64,000 nucleotides of DNA from Escherichia coli (GCF_041886205.1 NZ_CP169029.1); one strand, 5' to 3'; positions 11,307 to 23,871 are shown, numbered from the stretch's first letter. Notes: generated from the letters alone by a model not told the origin. Made by a program: numbers and translations.

Positions 11307-12254
11307 ATGCAAAATCGGCTGACCATCAAAGACATCGCACGCTTAAGCGGCGTGGGGAAATCTACAGTTTCCCGGGTGCTGAATAACGAAAGCGGCGTGA
11401 GCCAGCGCACCCGCGAGCGTGTTGAAGCAGTGATGAATCAGCATGGATTTTCCCCTTCCCGCTCTGCGCGCGCTATGCGTGGGCAAAGCGATAAAGTGGT
11501 CGCCATCATTGTTACCCGTCTGGATTCGTTGTCAGAAAATCTCGCCGTTCAAACCATGCTGCCAGCGTTCTATGAACAAGGTTACGACCCAATCATGATG
11601 GAAAGTCAGTTTTCCCCGCAATTAGTTGCCGAACATTTGGGGATCCTAAAACGGCGTAATATCGACGGCGTAGTGCTGTTCGGTTTTACCGGCATAACAG
11701 AAGAAATGTTAGCCCACTGGCAGTCATCGCTGGTTCTGCTGGCGCGTGACGCAAAAGGCTTTGCTTCGGTCTGTTATGACGACGAAGGGGCAATCAAGAT
11801 CCTGATGCAACGGCTCTATGACCAGGGGCATCGTAATATCAGTTATCTCGGCGTGCCGCACAGTGACGTGACGACCGGTAAGCGACGTCACGAAGCCTAC
11901 CTGGCGTTCTGCAAAGCGCATAAACTGCATCCCGTTGCCGCTCTGCCAGGGCTTGCTATGAAGCAAGGCTATGAGAACGTAGCAAAAGTGATTACGCCTG
12001 AAACTACCGCCTTACTGTGCGCAACCGACACGCTGGCACTTGGCGCAAGTAAATACCTGCAAGAGCAACGCATCGACACCTTGCAACTGGCGAGCGTCGG
12101 TAATACGCCGTTAATGAAATTCCTTCATCCGGAGATCGTCACCGTAGATCCTGGTTACGCCGAAGCTGGACGCCAGGCGGCCTGCCAATTGATCGCACAG
12201 GTAACCGGGCGCAGCGAACCGCAACAAATCATCATCCCCGCCACCCTGTCCTGA
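11307..12254 (+). CDS. treR: Trehalose operon repressor (LacI family)
   Basis: 315-aa ORF with N-terminal LacI-type HTH (TIKDIARLSGVGKSTVSRVLN). Confidence 0.95.
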   Translation: MQNRLTIKDIARLSGVGKSTVSRVLNNESGVSQRTRERVEAVMNQHGFSPSRSARAMRGQSDKVVAIIVTRLDSLSENLAVQTMLPAFYEQGYDPIMMESQFSPQLVAEHLGILKRRNIDGVVLFGFTGITEEMLAHWQSSLVLLARDAKGFASVCYDDEGAIKILMQRLYDQGHRNISYLGVPHSDVTTGKRRHEAYLAFCKAHKLHPVAALPGLAMKQGYENVAKVITPETTALLCATDTLALGASKYLQEQRIDTLQLASVGNTPLMKFLHPEIVTVDPGYAEAGRQAACQLIAQVTGRSEPQQIIIPATLS

Positions 12255-12372
12255 TCGTTTCCTGAACGATAAATTGTGATCTTCGCTGCGTTTCGGGAAC
12301 GTTCCCGTTTTTAAATTTTTCCGCGCAATATATTCTGCAGCCAACCAAAAATGTCATCTGCCATGGGGCTTT

Positions 12373-13794
12373 ATGATGAGCAAAATAAACCAAACGGATA
12401 TCGATCGGTTGATTGAACTGGTCGGCGGGCGCGGCAATATTGCGACGGTGAGCCACTGTATTACTCGCCTGCGCTTTGTCCTCAACCAACCGGCCAATGC
12501 CAGACCGAAAGAAATTGAGCAACTCCCCATGGTGAAAGGCTGTTTCACCAATGCCGGGCAATTTCAGGTGGTGATTGGCACCAATGTGGGTGATTACTAT
12601 CAAGCACTGATTGCGTCAACCGGACAGGCGCAGGTTGATAAAGAGCAGGTAAAAAAAGCCGCCCGGCAGAATATGAAATGGCATGAGCAGTTGATCTCTC
12701 ATTTCGCGGAGATCTTCTTCCCGTTGCTGCCCGCGTTGATTAGCGGCGGTTTGATCCTCGGTTTTCGCAATGTGATCGGCGATTTGCCCATGAGCAACGG
12801 TCAAACGCTGGCGCAAATGTACCCTTCCCTGCAAACGATCTACGATTTTCTGTGGTTGATCGGTGAAGCGATCTTCTTCTACCTGCCGGTCGGGATTTGC
12901 TGGTCAGCGGTGAAAAAAATGGGCGGCACGCCGATCCTTGGTATCGTACTTGGCGTAACGCTGGTTTCTCCACAGCTGATGAACGCTTATCTGCTCGGGC
13001 AGCAGCTGCCGGAAGTGTGGGACTTTGGCATGTTCAGCATCGCCAAAGTAGGCTATCAGGCGCAGGTGATCCCGGCACTGTTAGCCGGGCTGGCGCTGGG
13101 CGTTATTGAAACTCGCCTTAAACGCATCGTGCCGGATTACCTCTATCTGGTGGTGGTGCCCGTCTGTTCGCTGATCCTCGCGGTGTTCCTCGCCCATGCG
13201 CTGATTGGTCCGTTTGGACGCATGATTGGCGATGGCGTTGCCTTTGCGGTACGTCACCTGATGACCGGCAGCTTTGCACCTATTGGCGCAGCATTGTTTG
13301 GCTTCCTGTACGCCCCGCTGGTGATCACCGGTGTACACCAGACCACGCTTGCTATTGATTTGCAGATGATTCAAAGCATGGGTGGTACGCCAGTGTGGCC
13401 GCTGATTGCGCTGTCGAATATCGCTCAGGGCTCCGCCGTGATAGGCATTATCATTTCCAGCCGCAAGCACAATGAACGCGAGATCTCCGTGCCTGCCGCT
13501 ATCTCCGCCTGGCTTGGGGTCACTGAGCCTGCAATGTACGGCATCAACCTGAAATATCGCTTCCCGATGCTGTGCGCGATGATTGGTTCTGGTCTGGCAG
13601 GATTGCTATGCGGCCTGAACGGCGTTATGGCGAATGGCATCGGCGTAGGCGGCCTGCCGGGAATTCTCTCGATTCAACCGAGCTACTGGCAGGTGTTTGC
13701 GCTGGCAATGGCTATCGCCATCATCATCCCGATTGTACTCACCTCGTTTATCTATCAGCGGAAATACCGCCTGGGCACGCTGGACATTGTTTAA
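12373..13794 (+). CDS. treB: PTS trehalose-specific EIIBC component
   Basis: 473-aa ORF with EIIB cysteine motif (VSHCITRLR) and a polytopic EIIC domain. Confidence 0.95.
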   Translation: MMSKINQTDIDRLIELVGGRGNIATVSHCITRLRFVLNQPANARPKEIEQLPMVKGCFTNAGQFQVVIGTNVGDYYQALIASTGQAQVDKEQVKKAARQNMKWHEQLISHFAEIFFPLLPALISGGLILGFRNVIGDLPMSNGQTLAQMYPSLQTIYDFLWLIGEAIFFYLPVGICWSAVKKMGGTPILGIVLGVTLVSPQLMNAYLLGQQLPEVWDFGMFSIAKVGYQAQVIPALLAGLALGVIETRLKRIVPDYLYLVVVPVCSLILAVFLAHALIGPFGRMIGDGVAFAVRHLMTGSFAPIGAALFGFLYAPLVITGVHQTTLAIDLQMIQSMGGTPVWPLIALSNIAQGSAVIGIIISSRKHNEREISVPAAISAWLGVTEPAMYGINLKYRFPMLCAMIGSGLAGLLCGLNGVMANGIGVGGLPGILSIQPSYWQVFALAMAIAIIIPIVLTSFIYQRKYRLGTLDIV

Positions 13795-13843
13795 TTTTCT
13801 TCGGGGCGCAATTGCGCCCCCTCGCATTCGCAGGAATAACGTA

Positions 13844-15499
13844 ATGACTAATCTTCCCCACTGGTGGCAAAACGGCGTTATCTACCAGATTTATCCAAAG
13901 AGTTTTCAGGACACCACGGGTAGCGGTACCGGCGATTTACGTGGCGTTATCCAACGCCTGGACTATCTGCATAAACTGGGCGTTGATGCCATCTGGCTAA
14001 CCCCCTTTTATGTCTCTCCCCAGGTCGATAACGGTTACGACGTAGCGAACTATACGGCGATTGATCCCACCTACGGCACGCTGGACGATTTTGACGAACT
14101 GGTGACGCAGGCAAAATCGCGCGGGATTCGTATCATTCTCGATATGGTGTTTAACCATACCTCTACCCAACATGCCTGGTTTCGCGAGGCGCTGAACAAA
14201 GAAAGCCCTTACCGCCAGTTTTATATCTGGCGCGATGGCGAACCAGAAACGCCACCGAATAACTGGCGTTCAAAATTTGGCGGTAGTGCGTGGCGCTGGC
14301 ATGCGGAAAGCGAACAGTACTATTTGCATCTCTTTGCACCAGAACAGGCGGATCTCAATTGGGAGAATCCAGCGGTACGCGCAGAGCTGAAAAAAGTCTG
14401 TGAATTCTGGGCCGATCGTGGGGTCGATGGGTTGCGCCTGGATGTGGTGAATCTGATCTCCAAAGACCCGCGTTTCCCTGAAGACCTGGATGGCGACGGG
14501 CGTCGCTTCTACACCGACGGGCCACGAGCACACGAGTTTTTGCACGAGATGAACCGCGATGTGTTTACGCCACGCGGGTTAATGACCGTAGGTGAAATGT
14601 CCTCCACCAGCCTTGAGCATTGCCAGCGATACGCGGCACTGGCAGGCAGTGAATTATCGATGACCTTTAATTTTCATCACCTGAAGGTCGATTATCCCGG
14701 TGGTGAAAAATGGACGCTGGCTAAACCTGACTTTGTGGCGTTGAAAACATTGTTCCGCCACTGGCAACAAGGAATGCACAACGTAGCATGGAATGCCTTG
14801 TTCTGGTGTAACCACGATCAGCCGCGCATTGTTTCTCGCTTTGGTGATGAAGGTGAATACCGCGTGCCTGCGGCAAAAATGCTAGCGATGGTGCTGCATG
14901 GCATGCAGGGAACGCCGTATATCTACCAGGGCGAAGAGATTGGCATGACCAACCCGCATTTCACGCGCATTACTGACTATCGCGACGTGGAGAGCCTCAA
15001 TATGTTTGCCGAGCTGCGCAACGATGGGCGTGATGCCGACGAGTTATTGGCAATCCTCGCCAGTAAATCCCGTGACAACAGCCGCACGCCCATGCAATGG
15101 AGCAACGGCGATAATGCCGGGTTTACGGCTGGCGAACCGTGGATTGGCCTGGGCGATAACTATCAACAAATCAACGTAGAAGCCGCGCTGGCCGATGATT
15201 CCTCGGTGTTTTACACCTACCAAAAGTTAATCGCACTGCGTAAGCAGGAAGCCATCCTGACATGGGGCAATTACCAGGATCTGCTGCCAAACAGCCCTGT
15301 ATTGTGGTGCTATCGCCGTGAATGGAAGGGGCAAACCTTGCTGGTCATTGCCAACCTTAGCCGTGAGATCCAACCCTGGCAGCCAGGGCAAATGCGCGGC
15401 AACTGGCAGCTTGTGATGCATAACTACGAAGAAGCCTCACCACAACCCTGTGCCATGAATTTACGGCCTTTTGAGGCTGTCTGGTGGTTACAGAAGTAA
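13844..15499 (+). CDS. treC: Trehalose-6-phosphate hydrolase
   Basis: Internal ATG at about 13844 gives 551 aa (MTNLPHWWQNGVIYQIYPKSF...), GH13 alpha-amylase family. Confidence 0.95.
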   Translation: MTNLPHWWQNGVIYQIYPKSFQDTTGSGTGDLRGVIQRLDYLHKLGVDAIWLTPFYVSPQVDNGYDVANYTAIDPTYGTLDDFDELVTQAKSRGIRIILDMVFNHTSTQHAWFREALNKESPYRQFYIWRDGEPETPPNNWRSKFGGSAWRWHAESEQYYLHLFAPEQADLNWENPAVRAELKKVCEFWADRGVDGLRLDVVNLISKDPRFPEDLDGDGRRFYTDGPRAHEFLHEMNRDVFTPRGLMTVGEMSSTSLEHCQRYAALAGSELSMTFNFHHLKVDYPGGEKWTLAKPDFVALKTLFRHWQQGMHNVAWNALFWCNHDQPRIVSRFGDEGEYRVPAAKMLAMVLHGMQGTPYIYQGEEIGMTNPHFTRITDYRDVESLNMFAELRNDGRDADELLAILASKSRDNSRTPMQWSNGDNAGFTAGEPWIGLGDNYQQINVEAALADDSSVFYTYQKLIALRKQEAILTWGNYQDLLPNSPVLWCYRREWKGQTLLVIANLSREIQPWQPGQMRGNWQLVMHNYEEASPQPCAMNLRPFEAVWWLQK

Positions 15500-15643
15500 A
15501 TCTTCCCTAAGCCCCGGTAATGCCGGTCATTCCGGGGTTTTGTCTGTCAGCATGTTGTTTTTGTTGATTTTTCAACCAGCAAATTCATTAAAAAATTTAC
15601 ATAACGCTGTAGCGCCCGTCATCCGTACGCTCTGCTTTTTACT

Positions 15644-15701
15644 TTGAGCTACATCAAAAAAAGTTCAAACATCCTTGATGCAAAGCACTATATATAGACT
15701 T
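15644..15701 (+). promoter_or_regulatory. nrdDG promoter region with FNR-like site and NrdR-box-like palindrome
   Basis: TTGAGctacATCAA near 15644-15657 fits the FNR TTGAT-N4-ATCAA pattern; cactatatatag nearby resembles an NrdR box. Confidence 0.4.
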
Positions 15702-15892
15702 TAAAATGCGTCCCAACCCAATATGTTGTATTAATCGACTATAATTGCTACTACAGCTCCCCACGAAAAAGGTGCGGCGTTGTGGATAAGCGGATGGCGA
15801 TTGCGGAAAGCACCGGAAAACGAAACGAAAAAACCGGAAAACGCCTTTCCCAATTTCTGTGGATAACCTGTTCTTAAAAATATGGAGCGATC

Positions 15893-18031
15893 ATGACACC
15901 GCATGTGATGAAACGAGACGGCTGCAAAGTGCCGTTTAAATCAGAGCGCATCAAAGAAGCGATTCTGCGTGCAGCTAAAGCAGCGGAAGTCGATGATGCC
16001 GATTATTGCGCCACTGTTGCTGCGGTTGTCAGCGAGCAGATGCAGGGCCGCAACCAGGTGGATATCAACGAGATCCAGACCGCAGTTGAAAACCAGCTGA
16101 TGTCGGGTCCATACAAACAACTGGCTCGTGCTTACATCGAGTACCGTCACGATCGCGACATTGAACGTGAAAAACGCGGTCGCCTGAACCAGGAGATCCG
16201 TGGTCTGGTCGAGCAGACCAACGCCTCGTTACTCAACGAAAACGCCAACAAAGACAGCAAGGTGATTCCAACCCAGCGCGACCTGCTGGCCGGGATCGTG
16301 GCTAAACACTATGCACGCCAGCACCTGCTGCCGCGTGACGTGGTGCAGGCACATGAGCGTGGCGATATTCACTATCACGATCTCGATTACTCGCCGTTCT
16401 TCCCGATGTTCAACTGCATGTTGATCGACCTGAAAGGCATGCTGACCCAGGGCTTTAAGATGGGGAACGCCGAGATTGAACCGCCGAAGTCGATCTCTAC
16501 GGCAACCGCGGTAACTGCGCAGATTATTGCTCAGGTCGCCAGCCATATTTATGGCGGCACCACCATTAACCGTATCGATGAAGTGCTGGCACCGTTTGTC
16601 ACCGCCAGCTACAACAAACATCGCAAGACCGCAGAAGAGTGGAACATCCCGGACGCCGAAGGCTACGCTAACTCTCGTACCATTAAAGAGTGCTACGATG
16701 CCTTCCAGTCGCTGGAGTACGAAGTAAACACCCTGCACACCGCCAACGGTCAGACGCCGTTTGTAACCTTTGGTTTTGGTCTGGGCACCAGCTGGGAATC
16801 GCGCCTGATTCAGGAATCTATCCTGCGTAACCGTATCGCAGGCCTCGGTAAAAACCGTAAAACTGCGGTGTTCCCGAAACTGGTGTTTGCGATTCGCGAT
16901 GGTCTGAACCATAAAAAAGGCGATCCGAACTACGACATCAAACAGCTGGCGCTGGAGTGCGCAAGCAAGCGCATGTATCCGGATATCCTGAACTACGATC
17001 AGGTAGTGAAAGTCACCGGTTCGTTTAAAACCCCGATGGGCTGCCGCAGCTTCCTCGGCGTGTGGGAAAATGAAAACGGCGAGCAGATCCACGATGGTCG
17101 TAACAACCTCGGCGTGATCAGCCTGAACTTGCCGCGTATTGCTCTGGAAGCAAAAGGCGATGAAGCCACCTTCTGGAAGCTGCTGGATGAACGTCTGGTG
17201 CTGGCACGTAAGGCGCTGATGACCCGTATCGCTCGTCTCGAAGGCGTGAAAGCGCGCGTGGCCCCGATCCTCTATATGGAAGGTGCTTGTGGCGTGCGTC
17301 TCAATGCTGACGATGATGTTTCTGAAATCTTCAAAAACGGTCGTGCGTCTATTTCGCTGGGTTACATCGGCATCCACGAAACCATTAACGCGCTGTTCGG
17401 CGGCGAGCATGTTTACGACAACGAGCAGCTTCGCGCGAAAGGTATCGCCATTGTTGAACGTCTGCGTCAGGCAGTGGATAAGTGGAAAGAAGAAACGGGT
17501 TATGGTTTCAGTCTCTACAGCACGCCGAGTGAAAACCTGTGCGACCGCTTCTGCCGTCTCGATACTGCTGAGTTTGGCGTGGTGCCGGGCGTGACCGATA
17601 AAGGTTACTACACCAACAGTTTCCACCTCGATGTGGAGAAGAAGGTGAACCCGTACGACAAGATCGACTTTGAAGCGCCTTACCCGCCGCTGGCGAACGG
17701 TGGTTTCATTTGCTACGGCGAGTATCCAAACATTCAGCACAACCTGAAGGCGCTGGAAGATGTCTGGGATTACAGCTATCAGCATGTACCGTATTACGGC
17801 ACCAATACACCGATTGATGAGTGCTACGAGTGTGGCTTTACCGGTGAGTTCGAGTGCACCAGCAAAGGCTTCACTTGCCCGAAATGTGGTAACCATGACG
17901 CCTCCCGTGTGTCGGTGACTCGCCGCGTGTGCGGATATTTAGGTAGCCCGGATGCACGTCCATTTAACGCCGGTAAGCAGGAAGAAGTTAAGCGCCGCGT
18001 TAAACATTTGGGGAATGGGCAGATAGGTTAA
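15893..18031 (+). CDS. nrdD: Anaerobic ribonucleoside-triphosphate reductase
   Basis: 712-aa ORF with N-terminal ATP-cone and C-terminal glycyl-radical/Zn-ribbon region (CxxC...CPKCG). Confidence 0.96.
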   Translation: MTPHVMKRDGCKVPFKSERIKEAILRAAKAAEVDDADYCATVAAVVSEQMQGRNQVDINEIQTAVENQLMSGPYKQLARAYIEYRHDRDIEREKRGRLNQEIRGLVEQTNASLLNENANKDSKVIPTQRDLLAGIVAKHYARQHLLPRDVVQAHERGDIHYHDLDYSPFFPMFNCMLIDLKGMLTQGFKMGNAEIEPPKSISTATAVTAQIIAQVASHIYGGTTINRIDEVLAPFVTASYNKHRKTAEEWNIPDAEGYANSRTIKECYDAFQSLEYEVNTLHTANGQTPFVTFGFGLGTSWESRLIQESILRNRIAGLGKNRKTAVFPKLVFAIRDGLNHKKGDPNYDIKQLALECASKRMYPDILNYDQVVKVTGSFKTPMGCRSFLGVWENENGEQIHDGRNNLGVISLNLPRIALEAKGDEATFWKLLDERLVLARKALMTRIARLEGVKARVAPILYMEGACGVRLNADDDVSEIFKNGRASISLGYIGIHETINALFGGEHVYDNEQLRAKGIAIVERLRQAVDKWKEETGYGFSLYSTPSENLCDRFCRLDTAEFGVVPGVTDKGYYTNSFHLDVEKKVNPYDKIDFEAPYPPLANGGFICYGEYPNIQHNLKALEDVWDYSYQHVPYYGTNTPIDECYECGFTGEFECTSKGFTCPKCGNHDASRVSVTRRVCGYLGSPDARPFNAGKQEEVKRRVKHLGNGQIG

Positions 18032-18044
18032 TCTTCACTCTGCG

Positions 18045-18178
<134 letters not shown>

Positions 18179-18188
18179 AGGCGAAACA

Positions 18189-18653
18189 ATGAATTATCAT
18201 CAGTACTATCCTGTCGACATCGTCAACGGCCCCGGCACTCGCTGCACCCTGTTTGTCTCCGGGTGTGTTCATGAATGCCCCGGTTGCTATAACAAAAGCA
18301 CATGGCGGGTAAATTCTGGTCAGCCATTTACCAAAGCAATGGAAGACCAGATCATTAACGATCTGAATGACACTCGTATCAAACGCCAGGGGATTTCCCT
18401 CTCCGGCGGCGATCCGCTGCATCCGCAAAACGTGCCGGATATTCTGAAACTGGTAAAACGCATCCGCGCCGAGTGTCCGGATAAAGACATCTGGGTGTGG
18501 ACAGGCTATAAACTCGACGATCTCAACGCTGCGCAAATGCAGGTTGTTGATTTGATTAACGTACTGGTCGACGGCAAATTTGTGCAGGATTTAAAAGACC
18601 CTTCCCTGATCTGGCGCGGCAGCAGCAATCAGGTGGTGCATCATTTGCGATGA
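18189..18653 (+). CDS. nrdG: Anaerobic RNR activating enzyme (radical SAM)
   Basis: 154-aa ORF with Cys cluster CxxxCxxC (CVHECPGCYNKS). Confidence 0.95.
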   Translation: MNYHQYYPVDIVNGPGTRCTLFVSGCVHECPGCYNKSTWRVNSGQPFTKAMEDQIINDLNDTRIKRQGISLSGGDPLHPQNVPDILKLVKRIRAECPDKDIWVWTGYKLDDLNAAQMQVVDLINVLVDGKFVQDLKDPSLIWRGSSNQVVHHLR

Positions 18654-18656
18654 TAA

Positions 18657-18688
18657 GTTCCCTGTTACCTGAGTGCAGGCAACAGGGA
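18657..18688. terminator. Bidirectional terminator hairpin between nrdG and cybC
   Basis: Inverted repeat ttccctgtt...aacagggaa between two convergent stops. Confidence 0.5.
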
Positions 18689-18697
18689 AATGAGGAA

Positions 18698-19087
<390 letters not shown>

Positions 19088-19138
19088 TCACTTCCTTTTT
19101 TATTATGAAGATTTGGCGCGGCAGGTCGCGCCAGTTTT

Positions 19139-20491
19139 TTACTGCCCGGCGATTTTCATCTCCGGCAACAGCACAGAACCACACTGTATATTACTGCGTG
19201 TTTCAATATCGTTACCGACGGTGACAATATTGCGCCACATATCTTTTAAATTACCTGCGATGGTGATTTCGCTAACCGGATACTGAATTTCGCCGTTTTC
19301 TACCCAGAAGCCCGCCGCACCACGGGAATAATCACCGGTAATTGCACTCACGCCCTGGCCCATCAGCTCCGTCACCACCAGCCCGGTGCCCATCTCTTTG
19401 AGCATTTGTTCGAAGCTTAGCCCTTGTCCGGCAATCCGCCAGTTGTGAATACCGCCCGCATGTCCGGTGCTTTTCAGCCCCAGTTTTCGCGCCGAATAGC
19501 TGGTCAGCAGCCACTGAGTCAGGATGCCATCTTTAATAATATCGCGACGCTCGGTGCGCACACCTTCGCTGTCAAATGGCGTCGATGCCAGCCCTTTCAG
19601 CAGATGCGGATGCTCTTCAATGGTCAGCCAGTCCGGCAGAATTTGTTTACCCAGCGAATCCAGCAGGAAGGTAGATTTACGGTAAACCGCTCCACCCGCT
19701 ATCGCCCCCACCAGATGCCCAAAAAGCCCGGTTGCCACTTCATTGGCAAAAATGACCGGCGCTTTCATGGTGGAGAGTTTACGCGGTGACAGGCGCGATA
19801 AAGTACGGCGAGCACAGTCGGCCCCAACCCACTCTGGCGTTTGCAGATCGCTCATCGCACGACCAATGGTGTAGGCGTAATCACGCTCCATATCGCCATT
19901 TTCTTCGGCAATTACACAGCTGGAGAGCGAATGACGCGTAGAGCAGTAACCCTGCAACATGCCGTGGCTGTTGCCAAAAACTTTGACACCGTAGTGGCTG
20001 TTAAAGCTGCCACCTTCGGTATTGGTGATACGTTTGTCCGCCTGTAATGCTGCCTGTTCTGCGCGGGCCGCCAGTTCAATGGCTTCATCCGGGGAAACTT
20101 CCGCAGGGTGGAACAAATCGAGATCCGGTGCCTCAAAGGCCAGCAGCTCTTTGTCTGCCACGCCGGCACAGGGATCTGGCGAGGTATAACGGGCAATATC
20201 CAGCGCCGCCTGTACGGTGCGGGCAATGGCCTGCGGGCTTAAATCGGTGGATGATGCGCTACCTTTGCGGTTCTGGTGATAAACAGTGATCCCCAGCGCG
20301 CCATCGCTATTGAATTCAACATTCTCCACTTCACCATAACGCGTGCTTACGCTAATGCCGGTGGTCTTGCTGACGGCAACTTCCGCACCGTCCGATTTGC
20401 CTGAGGCCAACTCCAGCGCAGTGGAAACTGCTTCTTCCAGAATCTTGCGCTGCGCTTCAACTTGAGAGATTACTTTCATTGCAAGTGCCAT
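19139..20491 (-). CDS. pmbA: Metalloprotease PmbA (TldE)
   Basis: 450-aa ORF, divergent from yjgA as in K-12. Confidence 0.94.
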   Translation of the reverse strand: MALAMKVISQVEAQRKILEEAVSTALELASGKSDGAEVAVSKTTGISVSTRYGEVENVEFNSDGALGITVYHQNRKGSASSTDLSPQAIARTVQAALDIARYTSPDPCAGVADKELLAFEAPDLDLFHPAEVSPDEAIELAARAEQAALQADKRITNTEGGSFNSHYGVKVFGNSHGMLQGYCSTRHSLSSCVIAEENGDMERDYAYTIGRAMSDLQTPEWVGADCARRTLSRLSPRKLSTMKAPVIFANEVATGLFGHLVGAIAGGAVYRKSTFLLDSLGKQILPDWLTIEEHPHLLKGLASTPFDSEGVRTERRDIIKDGILTQWLLTSYSARKLGLKSTGHAGGIHNWRIAGQGLSFEQMLKEMGTGLVVTELMGQGVSAITGDYSRGAAGFWVENGEIQYPVSEITIAGNLKDMWRNIVTVGNDIETRSNIQCGSVLLPEMKIAGQ

Positions 20492-20584
20492 AATGTAGAG
20501 AGTTTCTCTGAAGTCTAACAGAGAACCGTTTTTCAGTGCGCATCTTAACTGGTAACATTAGCCTCTTTTTTTAAGGAGCCTGAG

Positions 20585-21136
20585 ATGACTAAGCAGCCCG
20601 AAGACTGGCTCGACGACGTTCCCGGTGATGACATCGAAGACGAAGACGATGAAATTATCTGGGTCAGTAAAAGTGAAATTAAACGTGATGCCGAGGAGCT
20701 AAAACGCCTTGGCGCGGAAATTGTTGATCTGGGGAAAAACGCGCTGGATAAGATCCCGTTAGATGCGGATCTGCGCGCGGCTATTGAGCTCGCCCAGCGT
20801 ATTAAGATGGAAGGTCGCCGCCGCCAGTTGCAGCTCATCGGTAAGATGCTGCGCCAGCGCGACGTAGAGCCTATTCGTCAGGCGCTGGATAAGCTGAAAA
20901 ACCGTCACAACCAGCAGGTGGTGCTGTTCCATAAACTGGAAAACCTGCGCGATCGTCTGATCGATCAAGGTGATGACGCCATCGCTGAAGTATTGAATCT
21001 GTGGCCCGATGCCGATCGTCAGCAGCTGCGTACTCTGATCCGCAACGCGAAGAAAGAGAAAGAAGGGAATAAGCCGCCGAAATCCGCACGCCAGATTTTC
21101 CAGTATCTGCGCGAACTGGCGGAGAATGAAGGGTAA
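20585..21136 (+). CDS. yjgA: Ribosome-associated protein YjgA (DUF615)
   Basis: 183-aa ORF, acidic N-terminus, K-12 synteny. Confidence 0.92.
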
Positions 21137-21149
21137 TTTTCGTTGTTGA

Positions 21150-21288
21150 TGTGAGTATGGTTTGCCGGATGCGGTGCACCTGTAGGCCTGATAAGACGCA
21201 TCAAGCGTCGCATCAGGCACTATGCTCAAATGCCGGATGCGGCGTGAACGCCTTATCCGGCCTACGCACACTATATCAGGCTAAGGCC
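21150..21288. repeat. REP/BIME palindromic repeat cluster
   Basis: Several gccggatgcgg...ccttatccggcctac units between yjgA and mpl. Confidence 0.7.
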
Positions 21289-21291
21289 GAA

Positions 21292-22665
21292 TTACTGCGC
21301 GGCTTCCGCCTTCTTCGCCAGACCATCCAGCAGTTTCTGATGGATCCCACCAAAACCGCCGTTGCTCATCACCAGAATATGGTCGCCAGGCTGAGCGGTT
21401 TTCACCACCATATCTGCCAGCGTATCCACATCGCCACTCCAGTGTGCAGGCTGAACGCAGGCTTCTGCCACTTCTGCCACCTGCCACGGAATATGCGCTG
21501 GTTGCAGCAGGAAGACTTCATCGGCACGACCTAATGAAGGTGCCAGATCGTCTTTGCAGATCCCCATTTTCATGGTATTCGAGCGCGGTTCCAGCACAGC
21601 AATAATGCGCGCCGTACCGCCAACTTTGCCACGCAGCGCCGCAAGCGTTGCCAGAATCGCCGTCGGGTGATGGGCAAAATCGTCATATACCGTGACGCCA
21701 TTCGCTTCACCACGCAACTCCAGACGGCGGCGAGCGTTAATAAACGAACCCAGCGCGTTAGCGGCATCTGCCGGCGCTACACCAACATGGCGAGCCGCCG
21801 CAATCGCCATCAGGCCATTGTGCATATTATGTTCGCCTACCAGCGACCATTTCACTTCGCCCACTTTTTCGCCATCCAGCAAGACTTCCCATTCGGAAGC
21901 ATCGGTGGTCAGCTTTTTCGCCTGCCAGTGACCCTGCTCACCCACCAGCTCCTGCTCGCTCCAGCAGCCCATCGCCATGGTCTGTTTCAGGTTGATGTCG
22001 TTTTCCGGCCAGATAATACGGCCCTGCCCCGGAACGATACGCACCAGATGGTGGAACTGTTTCTGGATCGCTTTCAGGTCGTCAAAGATATCGGCGTGAT
22101 CGAACTCAAGGTTGTTGAGGATCAGCGTACGCGGGCAGTAATGGACAAATTTAGAGCGTTTGTCGAAGAAGGCGCAGTCATACTCATCCGCTTCGATAAC
22201 AAAGAAGTCGCTTTCGCCCAGACGCGCCGAAACCTCAAAGTTCCCCGGCACACCGCCGATCACAAATCCCGGTTTGTAACCGCACTGTTCCAGAATCCAG
22301 GTCGCCATTCCCGCGGTGGTAGTTTTGCCGTGTGTACCGGCAACGGCCAGCACCCAGCGGTCGCGCAGCACAAAATCGTGCAGCCACTGCGGACCTGACA
22401 TATAAGGGATGTTTTTTTCCAGTACCGCTTCCACACACGGATTTCCACGGGTCATGGCGTTGCCAATAATCACCAGATCCGGCTGCGGATCGAGCTGGCT
22501 GGCATCGTAACCCTGAATCAGTTCAATGCCTTGCTTCTCAAGTAAGGTGCTCATCGGCGGATACACATTGGCGTCCGAACCCGTTACTTCATGGCCTAAC
22601 TGGCGCGCCAGCATCGCCAGACCGCCCATAAACGTGCCACAAATTCCTAAAATATGAATGCGCAT
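21292..22665 (-). CDS. mpl: UDP-N-acetylmuramate:L-alanyl-gamma-D-glutamyl-meso-diaminopimelate ligase
   Basis: 457-aa ORF, Mur ligase family (GTHGKTTT P-loop). Confidence 0.95.
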
Positions 22666-22840
22666 ACGTCACTATCCTTTTTTAATCTGCCGCTCATTTT
22701 ACGCATATGTCGGGCAAGTGAGAAACGCATTTCAGGATAATCCGCAATTTGCTGGCGCGATTCACCTGAGCGCAACATTCCGATTATTTGTTAAGATTGT
22801 TACGGTCGCTTTACTCCATAAACATTGCAGGGAAAGTTTT

Positions 22841-23839
22841 ATGAAAACGTTAGGTGAATTTATTGTCGAAAAGCAGCACGAGTTTTCTCATGCTACCGGT
22901 GAGCTCACTGCTTTGCTGTCGGCAATAAAACTGGGCGCCAAGATTATCCATCGCGATATCAACAAAGCAGGACTGGTTGATATCCTGGGTGCCAGCGGTG
23001 CTGAGAACGTGCAGGGCGAGGTTCAGCAAAAACTCGACTTGTTCGCTAATGAAAAACTGAAAGCCGCACTGAAAGCACGCGATATCGTTGCGGGCATTGC
23101 CTCTGAAGAAGAAGATGAGATTGTCGTCTTTGAAGGCTGTGAACATGCAAAATACGTGGTGCTGATGGACCCACTGGATGGCTCGTCCAACATCGATGTT
23201 AACGTCTCTGTCGGTACCATTTTCTCCATCTACCGCCGCGTTACGCCCGTCGGCACGCCGGTAACGGAAGAAGATTTCCTCCAGCCTGGTAACAAACAGG
23301 TTGCGGCAGGTTACGTGGTATACGGCTCCTCTACCATGCTGGTTTACACCACCGGATGCGGTGTTCACGCCTTTACTTACGATCCTTCGCTCGGCGTTTT
23401 CTGCCTGTGCCAGGAACGGATGCGCTTCCCGGAGAAAGGCAAAACCTACTCCATCAACGAAGGAAACTACATTAAGTTTCCGAACGGGGTGAAGAAGTAC
23501 ATTAAATTCTGCCAGGAAGAAGATAAATCCACCAACCGCCCGTATACCTCACGTTATATCGGTTCACTGGTCGCGGATTTCCACCGTAACCTGCTGAAAG
23601 GCGGTATTTATCTCTACCCAAGCACCGCCAGCCACCCGGACGGCAAACTGCGTTTGCTTTATGAGTGCAACCCGATGGCATTCCTGGCGGAACAAGCGGG
23701 CGGTAAAGCGAGCGATGGCAAAGAGCGTATTCTGGATATCATCCCGGAAACTCTGCACCAGCGCCGTTCGTTCTTTGTCGGCAACGACCATATGGTTGAA
23801 GATGTCGAACGCTTTATCCGTGAGTTCCCGGACGCGTAA
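22841..23839 (+). CDS. fbp: Fructose-1,6-bisphosphatase class 1
   Basis: Internal ATG at about 22841 gives 332 aa ([26 protein letters not shown]...). Confidence 0.95.
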
Positions 23840-23871
23840 TCTCCTGCGCCTCTCCACACGGAGAGGCGTTT

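Noticed and set aside
12232-12603. 123-aa minus-strand ORF spanning the treR-treB junction
   Set aside because: Overlaps the 3' end of treR and the 5' end of treB on the opposite strand; no support.
16229-17896. 555-aa ORF antisense to nrdD
   Set aside because: Lies entirely within and opposite to the well-supported nrdD gene; long antisense ORFs are common in GC-rich coding DNA.
21667-22398. 243-aa ORF antisense to mpl, and similar antisense ORFs inside mgtA (8812..9351), fbp (22850..23368) and argI (535..903)
   Set aside because: All lie within and opposite to confidently identified genes.
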